From Bugula neritina (taxonomy: Eukaryota; Animalia; Bryozoa): a DNA stretch of 64,000 nucleotides. The stretch is taken from the NCBI GenBank assembly GCA_964035545.1, contig CAXIUT010000103.1:124001-188000 (forward strand), in the 5' to 3' direction. A program made the position numbers and the translations under genes. Positions 1 to 10,300 of this stretch are shown here, piece by piece (position 1 is the first letter of the stretch; the number at the start of each line of letters is the position of its first letter). The notes below the pieces were generated by a model that saw nothing but the letters and a program-made list of their open reading frames with translations, did not search any database and was not told where the DNA came from.

Positions 1-40
1 ACGACTGCCATAAACAATGATAAAATATTCATTGTTGGTA

Positions 41-117
41 CTACTGAGTAGAATAAAATATAATATAATATTATTTTCTGGACAGATAAATAATATCAAA
101 TGCATATTATAACTTAC
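41..117 (-). other. Putative short GT-AG intron (77 nt in A, 74 nt in B), one per unit
   Basis: Minus strand ATG|GTAAGT donor at 117, very AT-rich interior, ends TATTTTATTCTACTCAGTAG (A) or ...CTCACTAG (B). No transcript evidence. Confidence 0.35.
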
Positions 118-465
118 CATAAATCTACAGTGCTTCACATCTTCACTTTTTTCTGCAATGTTATTTCTTTGCAGTTAGAAGTACTAGCTGAATATATGAC
201 TATGAAACATAACCCTTCAATTTCATTGCACCAGCATCAGTTGCAAGATAGGTGTGTTGGGAGTTATCTTTCCCAAAATTTTGTTCTTGGTGTTTATACG
301 AAGCAGACACAGGCTAATATTAGTTTTGTTATTTGTAAGAGTTTTTCTGTCTGATTGTCCATCAGCAAAAGTTTGGCCTTGCAGTTATTATGGAAATACC
401 AGTGATGCTGGAAGACCTTTGCATTGTACACCCGCCTTTACTATTGAATTTAGATGTTTTATTTT

Positions 466-494
466 CCCATCCCCTCTCCTGCCCCCCTGTCCCC
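466..494 (-). other. Putative G-quadruplex-forming tract (one per unit)
   Basis: Minus strand reads GGGG-ACA-GGGGGG-CAGGAGA-GGGG-AT-GGG in A and GGGG-ACA-GGGGGG-A-GGG-AGA-GGGG-A-GGGG in B; both fit G3+N1-7 x4. Folding is not shown. Confidence 0.65.
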
Positions 495-512
495 TCTAAC
501 AACCAGCAATCC

Positions 513-772
513 TGACTCATGTGAATTGTGTTATTGTTCTAGAGTTGGCCCATGGGCCTACAGTATACGATTTGAAGCTTTATAGTTTACAGGCAGTGGA
601 GATGAGTCACTGTTAAAACCCATTTTGTTAGTAGACTATATTGCTCTTCAATCATCAGTTTTCATATTAAAAGAGAAAGCTCATCTGCAGCGCCATTTCA
701 CAGTGTTTTATTTTGCTAGAGCAATAACTAATTTTAGATGCCTTTGCAAACATATGAGAAATAAATGAGTCA
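513..772. promoter_or_regulatory. Three AP-1/GCN4-type TGA(C/G)TCA motifs (513-519, 603-609, 766-772), repeated in nearly every unit
   Basis: Exact heptamer matches; 765-773 is the full ATGAGTCAT. Function is inferred only. Confidence 0.35.
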
Positions 773-1195
773 TTCTATGAAAAGAGGTGTTTGCAGCAAT
801 TGTCCACTTTTGATTTACAAGCGGCATGGAAACTTTTGTCGTTTTAAATAATATCACCAAACTCATCACTTGCATGTTTTTATAGACTTGATAAATTTTT
901 TTATGCAAAACTTGATGCCTGCTTCAAAGATACCAGTGCTTAATTACTGTGTTAACTGTATTGGCACGTTGCCATGAGATATTTGGTAATATTTCACATC
1001 ACAACAAACTCTTCAGAAAGTTAAGAAAATCAGTCTAGAAAGTTAATGAAATAAACCTACCAGAAAGAGTGAGCCAGATGTAACAAGTAGATCCAAAACA
1101 ATTAGTTGATTAACAATTGAAGTTGAAATCTCCATGTAGTCAACACTTTAGTCCTAATGTCAAATGCAAACGTCTGCAACCAAACTGTGTAGACT

Positions 1196-1261
1196 TCATG
1201 AGCTGGTTAGCTGAAAGGACTCATTAAAGTTCTTAACTCTTGTGTGTATAGTGATGCCCAT
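1196..1261 (-). CDS. Candidate 21-aa smORF MGITIHTRVKNFNES(F/C)QLTSS (one per unit; speculative)
   Basis: AAGATGG start context. Of 8 variants I found among the copies, 6 are synonymous, 1 missense and 1 nonsense (single copy). No homology recognised. Confidence 0.15.
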   Translation of the reverse strand: MGITIHTRVKNFNESFQLTSS

Positions 1262-1307
1262 CTTGAACTAGAGAGGGCTGACTGAAGACTGCTACTTTGT
1301 GAAAATT

Positions 1308-1379
1308 GACAATGCATATTATTATTATTCATTGTTGAGATTCACGACTGCCATAAACAATGATAAAATATTCATTGTT
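1308..1379. promoter_or_regulatory. Cluster of SOX/HMG-box-type motifs (GACAATG 1308-1314, CATTGTT 1330-1336, AACAATG 1356-1362, CATTGTT 1373-1379)
   Basis: Matches to the AACAATG consensus within the least variable part of the unit. Function is inferred only. Confidence 0.3.
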
Positions 1380-4300
1380 GGTACTACTGAGTAGATTAAA
1401 ATATAATATAATATTATTTTCTGGACAAATAAATAATATCAAATGCATATTATAACTTACCATAAATCTACAGTGCTTCACATCTTCACTTTTTTCTGCA
1501 ATGTTATTTCTTTGCAGTTAGAAGTACTAGTTGAAAATATGACTATGAAACATAACCCTTCAATTTCATTGCACCAGCACCAGTTGCAAGATAGGTGTGT
1601 TGGGAGTTATCTTTCCCAAAATTTTGTTCTTGGTGTTTATACGAAGCAGACACAGGCTAATATTAGTTTTGTTATTTGCAAGAGTTTTTCTGTCTGATTG
1701 TCCGTCAGCAAAAGTTTGCGCCTTGCAGTTATTATGGAAATACCAGTGATGCTGGAAGACCTTTGCATTGTACACCCGCCTTTACTATTGAATTTAGATG
1801 TTTTATTTTCCCATCCCCTCTCCTGCCCCCCTGTCCCCTCTAACAACCAGCAATCCTGACTCATGTGAATTGTGTTATTGTTCTAGAGTTGGCCCATGGG
1901 CCTACAGTATACGATTTGAAGCTTTATAGTTTACAGGCAGTGGAGATGAGTCACTGCTAAAACCCATTTTGTTAGTAGACTATATTGCTCTTCAATCATC
2001 AGTTTTCATATTAAAAGAGAAAGCTCATCTGCAGCGCCATTTCACAGTGTTTTATTTTGCTAGAGCGATAACTAATTTTAGATGCCTTTGCAAACATATG
2101 AGAAATAAATGAGTCATTCTATGAAAAGAGGTGTTTGCAGCAATTGTCCACTTTTGATTTACAAGCGGCATGGAAACTTTTGTCGTTTTAAATAATATCA
2201 CCAAACTCATCACTTGCATGTTTTTATAGACTTGATAAATTTTTTTATGCAAAACTTGATGCCTGCTTCAAAGATACCAGTGCTTAATTACTGTGTTAAC
2301 TGTATTGGCACGTTGCCATGAGATATTTGGTAATATTTCGCATCACAACAAACTCTTCAGAAAGTTAAGAAAATCAGTCTAGAAAGTTAATGAAATAAAC
2401 CTACCAGAAAGAGTGAGCCAGATGTAACAAGTAGATCCAAAACAATTAGTTGATTAACAATTGAAGTTGAAATCTCCATGTAGTCAACACTTTAGTCCTA
2501 ATGTCAAATGCAAACGTCTGCAACCAAACTGTGTAGACTTCATGAGCTGGTTAGCTGAAAGGACTCATTAAAGTTCTTAACTCTTGTGTGTATAGTGATG
2601 CCCATCTTGAACTAGAGAGGGCTGACTGAAGACTGCTACTTTGTGAAAATTGACAATGCATATTATTATTATTCATTGTTGAGATTCACGACTGCCATAA
2701 ACAATGATAAAATATTCATTGTTGGTACTACTGAGTAGATTAAAATATAATATAATATTATTTTCTGGACAAATAAATAATATCAAATGCATATTATAAC
2801 TTACCATAAATCTACAGTGCTTCACATCTTCACTTTTTTCTGCAATGTTATTTCTTTGCAGTTAGAAGTACTAGTTGAAAATATGACTATGAAACATAAC
2901 CCTTCAATTTCATTGCACCAGCACCAGTTGCAAGATAGGTGTGTTGGGAGTTATCTTTCCCAAAAGTTTTGTTCTTGGTGTTTATACGAAGCAGACACAG
3001 GCTAATATTAGTTTTGTTATTTGTAAGAGTTTTTCTGTCTGATTGTCCATCAGCAAAGTTTGGCCTTGCAGTTATTATGGAAATACCAGTGATGCTGGAA
3101 GACCTTTGCATTGTACACCCGCCTTTACTATTGAATTTAGATGTTTTATTTTCCCATCCCCTCTCCTGCCCCCCTGTCCCCTCTAACAACCAGCAATCCT
3201 GACTCATGTGAATTGTGTTATTGTTCTAGAGTTGGCCCATGGGCCTACAGTATACGATTTGAAGCTTTATAGTTTACAGGCAGTGGAGATGAGTCACTGC
3301 TAAAACCCATTTTGTTAGTAGACTATGTTGCTCTTCAATCATCAGTTTTCATATTAAAAGAGAAAGCTCATCTGCAGCGCCATTTCACAGGGCTTTATTT
3401 TGCTAGAGCAATAACTAATTTTAGATGCCTTTGCAAACATATGAGAAACAAATGAGTCATTCTATGAAAAGAGGTGTTTGCAGCAATTGTCCACTTTTGA
3501 TTTACAAGCGGCATGGAAACTTTTGTAGTTTTAAATAATATCTCCAAACTCATCACTTGCATGTGTTTATAGACTTGATAAAGTTTTTTATGCAAAACTT
3601 GATGCCTGCTTCAAAGACACCAGTGCTTAATTACTGTGTTAACTGTATTGGCACGTTGCCATGAGATATTTGGTAATATTTCGCATCACAACAAACTCTT
3701 CAGAAAGTTAAGAAAATCAGTCTAGAAAGTTAATGAAATAAACCTACCAGAAAGTTTCAGCCAGATGTAACAAGTAGATCCAAAACAAGTTGATTAACAA
3801 TTGAAGTTGAAATCTCCATGTAGTCAACACTTTAGTCCTAATGTCAAATGCAAACGCCTGCAATCAAACTGTGTAGACTTCATGAGCTGGTCAGCTAACA
3901 GGACTCATTAAAGTTCTTAACTCTTGTGTGTATAGTGATGCCCATCTTGAACTAGAGAGGGCTGACTGAAGACTGCTACTTTGTGAAAATTGACAATGCA
4001 TATTATTATTATTATTCATTGTTGAGATTCACGACTGCCATAAACAATGATAAAATATTCATTGTTGGTACTACTGAGTAGAATAAAATATAATATAATA
4101 TTATTTTCTGGACAAATAAATAATATCAAATGCATATTATAACTTACCATAAATCTACAGTGCTTCACATCTTCACTTTTTTCTGCAATGTTATTTCTTT
4201 GCAGTTAGAAGTACTAATTGAAAATATGACTATGAAACATAACCCTTCAATTTCATTGCACCAGCACCAGTTGCAAGATAGGTGTGTTGGGAGTTATCTT

Positions 4301-7300
4301 TCCCAAAATTTTGTTCTTTGTGTTTATACGAAGCAGACACAGGCTAATATTAGTTTTGTTATTTGCAAGAGTTTTTCTGTCTGATTGTCCATCAGCAAAA
4401 GTTTGGCCTTGCAGTTATTATGGAAATACCAGTGATGCTGGAAGACCTTTGCATTGTACACCCGCCTTTACTATTGAATTTAGATGTTTTATTTTCCCAT
4501 CCCCTCTCCTGCCCCCCTGTCCCCTCTAACAACCAGCAATCCTGACTCATGTGAATTGTGTTATTGTTCTAGAGTTGGCCCATGGGCCTACAGTATACGA
4601 TTTGAAGCTTTATAGTTTACAGGCAGTGGAGATGAGTCACTGCTAAAACCCATTTTGTTAGTAGACTATGTTGCTCTTCAATCATCAGTTTTCATATTAA
4701 AAGAGAAAGCTCATCTGCAGCGCCATTTCACAGTGTTTTATTTTGCAAGAGCAATAACTAATTTTAGATGCCTTTGCAAACATATGAGAAATAAATGAGT
4801 CATTCTATGAAAAGAGGTGTTTGCAGCAATTGTCCACTTTTGATTTACAAGCGGCATGGAAACTTTTGTAGTTTTAAATAATATCTCCAAACTCATCACT
4901 TGCATGTGTTTATAGACTTGATAAAGTTTTTTATGCAAAACTTGATGCCTGCTTCAAAGACACCAGTGCTTAATTACTGTGTTAACTGTATTGGCACGTT
5001 GCCATGAGATATTTGGTAATATTTCGCATCACAACAAACTCTTCAGAAAGTTAAGAAAATCAGTCTAGAAAGTTAATGAAATAAACCTACCAGAAAGTTT
5101 CAGCCAGATGTAACAAGTAGATCCAAAACAATTAGTTGATTAACAATTGAAGTTGAAATCTCCATGTAGTCAACACTTTAGTCCTAATGTCAAATGCAAA
5201 CGTCTGCAACCAAACTGTGTAGACTTCATGAGCTGGTTAGCTGAAAGGACTCATTAAAGTTCTTAACTCTTGTGTGTATAGTGATGCCCATCTTGAACTA
5301 GAGAGGGCTGACTGAAGACTGCTACTTTGTGAAAATTGACAATGTATATTATTATTATTCATTGTTGAGATTCACGACTGCCATAAACAATGATAAAATA
5401 TTCATTGTTGGTACTACTGAGTAGAATAAAATATAATATAATATTATTTTCTGGACAGATAAATAATATCAAATGCATATTATAACTTACCATAAATCTA
5501 CAGTGCTTCACATCTTCACCTTTTTCTGCAATGTTATTTCTTTGCAGTTAGAAGTACTAGCTGAATATATGACTATGAAACATAACCCTTCAATTTCATT
5601 GCACCAGCATCAGTTGCAAGATAGGTGTGTTGGGAGTTATCTTTCCCAAAATTTTGTTCTTGGTGTTTATACGAAGCAGACACAGGCTAATATTAGTTTT
5701 GTTATTTGCAAGAGTTTTTCTGTCTGATTGTCCATCAGCAAAAATTTGGCCTTGCAGTTATTATGGAAATACCAGTGATGCTGGAAGACCTTTGCATTGT
5801 ACACCCGCCTTTACTATTGAATTTAGATGTTTTATTTTCCCATCCCCTCTCCTGCCCCCCTGTCCCCTCTAACAACCAGCAATCCTGACTCATGTGAATT
5901 GTGTTATTGTTCTAGAGTTGGCCCATGGGCCTACAGTATACGATTTGAAGCTTTATAGTTTACAGGCAGTGGAGATGAGTCACTGCTAAAACCCATTTTG
6001 TTAGTAGTCTATGTTGCTCTTCAATCATCAGTTTTCATATTAAAAGAGAAAGCTCATCTGCAGCGCCATTTCACAGTGTTTTATTTTGCTAGAGCAATAA
6101 CTAATTTTAGATGCCTTTGCAAACATATGAGAAATAAATGAGTCATTCTATGAAAAGAGGTGTTTGCAGCAATTGTCCACTTTTGATTTACAAGCGGCAT
6201 GGAAACTTTTGTAGTTTTAAATAATATCTCCAAACTCATCACTTGCATGTGTTTATAGACTTGATAAAGTTTTTTATGCAAAACTTGATGCCTGCTTCAA
6301 AGACACCAGTGCTTAATTACTGTGTTAACTGTATTGGCACGTTGCCATGAGATATTTGGTAATATTTCGCATCACAACAAACTCTTCAGAAAGTTAAGAA
6401 AATCAGTCTAGAAAGTTAATGAAATAAACCTACCAGAAAGAGTAAGCCAGATGTAACAAGTAGATCCAAAACAAGTTGATTAACAATTGAAGTTGAAATC
6501 TCCATGTAGTCAACACTTTAGTCCTAATGTCAAATGCAAACGTCTGCAACCAAACTGTGTAGACTTCATGAGCTGGTTAGCTGAAAGGACTCATTAAAGT
6601 TCTTAACTCTTGTGTGTATAGTGATGCCCATCTTGAACTAGAGAGGGCTGACTGAAGACTGCTACTTTGTGAAAATTGACAATGCATATTATTATTATTC
6701 ATTGTTGAGATTCACGACTGCCATAAACAATGATAAAATATTCATTGTTGGTACTACTGAGTAGAATAAAATATAATATAATATTATTTTCTGGACAAAT
6801 AAATAATATCAAATGCATATTATAACTTACCATTAATCTACAGTGCTTCACATCTTCACTTTTTTCTGCAATGTTATTTCTTTGCAGTTAGAAGTACTAG
6901 TTGAAAATATGACTATGAAACATAACCCTTCAATTTCATTGCACCAGCACCAGTTGCAAGATAGGTGTGTTGGGAGTTATCCTTCCCAAAAGTTTTGTTC
7001 TTGGTGTTTATACGAAGCAGACACAAGCTAATATTAGTTTTGTTATTTGTAAGAGTTTTTCTGTCTGATTGTCCATCAGCAAAGTTTGGCCTTGCAGTTA
7101 TTATGGAAATACCAGTGATGCTGGAAGACCTTTGCATTGTACACCCGCCTTTACTATTGAATTTAGATGTTTTATTTTCCCATCCCCTCTCCTGCCCCCC
7201 TGTCCCCTCTAACAACCAGCAATCCTGACTCATGTGAATTGTGTTATTGTTCTAGAGTTGGCCCATGGGCCTACAGTATACGATTTGAAGCTTTATAGTT

Positions 7301-10300
7301 TACAGGCAGTGGAGATGAGTCACTGCTAAAACCCATTTTGTTAGTAGACTATATTGCTCTTCAATCATCAGTTTTCATATTAAAAGAGAAAGCTCATCTG
7401 CAGCGCCATTTCACAGTGTTTTATTTTGCTAGAGCGATAACTAATTTTAGATGCCTTTGCAAACATATGAGAAATAAATGAGTCATTCTATGAAAAGAGG
7501 TGTTTGCAGCAATTGTCCACTTTTGATTTACAAGCGGCATGGAAACTTTTGTCGTTTTAAATAATATCACCAAACTCATCACTTGCATGTTTTTATAGAC
7601 TTGATAAATTTTTTTATGCAAAACTTGATGCCTGCTTCAAAGACACCAGTGCTTAATTACTGTGTTAACTGTATTGGCACGTTGCCATGAGATATTTGGT
7701 AATATTTCACATCACAACAAACTCTTCAGAAAGTTAAGAAAATCAGTCTAGAAAGTTAATGAAATAAACCTACCAGAAAGAGTGAGCCAGATGTAACAAG
7801 TAGATCCAAAACAATTAGTTGATTAACAATTGAAGTTGAAATCTCCATGTAGTCAACACTTTAGTCCTAATGTCAAATGCAAACGTCTGCAACCAAACTG
7901 TGTAGACTTCATGAGCTGGTTAGCTGAAAGGACTCATTAAAGTTCTTAACTCTTGTGTGTATAGTGATGCCCATCTTGAACTAGAGAGGGCTGACTGAAG
8001 ACTGCTACTTTGTGAAAATTGACAATGCATATTATTATTATTCATTGTTGAGATTCACGACTGCCATAAACAATGATAAAATATTCATTGTTGGTACTAC
8101 TGAGTAGATTAAAATATAATATAATATTATTTTCTGGACAAATAAATAATATCAAATGCATATTATAACTTACCATAAATCTACAGTGCTTCACATCTTC
8201 ACTTTTTTCTGCAATGTTATTTCTTTGCAGTTAGAAGTACTAGTTGAAAATATGACTATGAAACATAACCCTTCAATTTCATTGCACCAGCACCAGTTGC
8301 AAGATAGGTGTGTTGGGAGTTATCTTTCCCAAAATTTTGTTCTTGGTGTTTATACGAAGCAGACACAGGCTAATATTAGTTTTGTTATTTGCAAGAGTTT
8401 TTCTGTCTGATTGTCCGTCAGCAAAAGTTTGCGCCTTGCAGTTATTATGGAAATACCAGTGATGCTGGAAGACCTTTGCATTGTACATCCGCTTTTACTA
8501 TTGAATTTAGATGTTTTATTTTCCCATCCCCTCTCCTGCCCCCCTGTCCCCTCTAACAACCAGCAATCCTGACTCATGTGAATTGTGTTATTGTTCTAGA
8601 GTTGGCCCATGGGCCTACAGTATACGATTTGAAGCTTTATAGTTTACAGGCAGTGGAGATGAGTCACTGCTGAAACCCATTTTATTAGTAGACTATATTG
8701 CTCTTCAATCATCAGTTTTCATATTAAAAGAGAAAGCTCATCTGCAGCGCCATTTCACAGTGTTTTATTTTGCTAGAGCAATAACTAATTTTAGATGCCT
8801 TTGCAAACATATGAGAAATAAATGAGTCATTCTATGAAAAGAGGTGTTTGCAGCAATTGTCCACTTTTGATTTACAAGCGGCATGGAAACTTTTGTAGTT
8901 TTAAATAATATCTCCAAACTCATCACTTGCATGTGTTTATAGACTTGATAAAGTTTTTTATGCAAAACTTGATGCCTGCTTCAAAGACACCAGTGCTTAA
9001 TTACTGTGTTAACTGTATTGGCACGTTGCCATGAGATATTTGGTAATATTTCGCATCACAACAAACTCTTCAGAAAGTTAAGAAAATCAGTCTAGAAAGT
9101 TAATGAAATAAACCTACCAGAAAGAGTAAGCCAGATGTAACAAGTAGATCCAAAACAAGTTGATTAACAATTGAAGTTGAAATCTCCATGTAGTCAACAC
9201 TTTAGTCCTAATGTCAAATGCAAACGTCTGCAACCAAACTGTGTAGACTTCATGAGCTGGTTAGCTGAAAGGACTCATTAAAGTTCTTAACTCTTGTGTG
9301 TATAGTGATGCCCATCTTGAACTAGAGAGGGCTGACTGAAGACTGCTACTTTGTGAAAATTGACAATGCATATTATTATTATTCATTGTTGAGATTCACG
9401 ACTGCCATAAACAATGATAAAATATTCATTGTTGGTACTACTGAGTAGATTAAAATATAATATAATATTATTTTCTGGACAAATAAATAATATCAAATGC
9501 ATATTATAACTTACCATAAATCTACAGTGCTTCACATCTTCACTTTTTTCTGCAATGTTATTTCTTTGCAGTTAGAAGTACTAGTTGAAAATATGACTAT
9601 GAAACATAACCCTTCAATTTCATTGCACCAGCACCAAATGCAAGATAGGTGTGTTGGGAGTTATCTTTCCCAAAATTTTGTTCTTGGTGTTTATACGAAG
9701 CAGACACAGGCTAATATTAGTTTTGTTATTTGTAAGAGTTTTTCTGTCTGGTTGTCCATCAGCAAAAGTTTGGCCTTGCAGTTATTATGGAAATACCAGT
9801 GATGCTGGAAGACCTTTGCATTGTACACCCGCCTTTACTATTGAATTTAGATGTTTTATTTTCCCATCCCCTCTCCTGCCCCCCTGTCCCCTCAAACAAC
9901 CAGCAATCCTGACTCATGTGAATTGTGTTATTGTTCTAGAGTTGGCCCATGGGCCTACAGTATACGATTTGAAGCTTTATAGTTTACAGGCAGTGGAGAT
10001 GAGTCACTGCTAAAACCCATTTTGTTAGTAGACTATATTGCTCTTCAATCATCAGTTTTCATATTAAAAGAGAAAGCTCATCTGCAGCGCCATTTCACAG
10101 TGTTTTATTTTGCTAGAGCGATAACTAATTTTAGATGCCTTTGCAAACATATGAGAAATAAATGAGTCATTCTATGAAAAGAGGTGTTTGCAGCAATTGT
10201 CCACTTTTAATTTACAAGCGGCATGGAAACTTTTGTCGTTTTAAATAATATCACCAAACTCATCACTTGCATGTTTTTATAGACTTGATAAATTTTTTTA

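Larger units (their letters stand above)
1..1343. repeat. Reference monomer (subfamily A); unit phase is arbitrary
   Basis: Sequence restarts at 1344. No internal short-period subrepeat is visible apart from (ATT)n and (AATAT)n micro-tracts. Confidence 0.97.

Noticed and set aside
118-174. Repeated coding exon (RNNIAEKSEDVKHCRFM) of a giant repetitive protein, ending at the GTAAGT donor
   Set aside because: There is an in-frame TAA just upstream, no conserved strong acceptor giving a multiple-of-three exon, and B3 units carry a 1-bp deletion here.
111-283. U1 snRNA-like words ACTTACC, ATTGCAC and Sm-like AATTTTG in the right order
   Set aside because: The ACTTACC-to-ATTGCAC spacing (~113 nt) is far too long, there is no GATCACGAAG loop or convincing stem, and the Sm-like site changes in B2. 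ACTTACC is better read as a minus-strand donor.
100-499. Plus-strand ORFs (MHIITYHK..., MLGVIFPK..., MQEFFC...) and the minus-strand MSQD... ORF repeated per unit
   Set aside because: Short, no recognisable domain, present in only some subfamilies, and broken by 1-bp indels (AAAAGTTTGG / AAAGTTTGG / AAAAGTTTGCG) and stops between copies.
708-908. Minus-strand 66-75-aa ORF (MHKK...LAK) present in 47 of 48 units
   Set aside because: Starts at TTG or another non-ATG codon, has a variable stop and a nonsense allele in one unit (~10209), A/B changes are mostly non-synonymous, and no homology is recognised. Persistence is explained by repeat identity.
1122-1133. Minus-strand GDFN peptide resembling the LINE APE-endonuclease motif
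   Set aside because: A four-residue match flanked by stops, with no YxPP, DH or RT motifs at proper spacing. A very old remnant cannot be excluded without a profile search.
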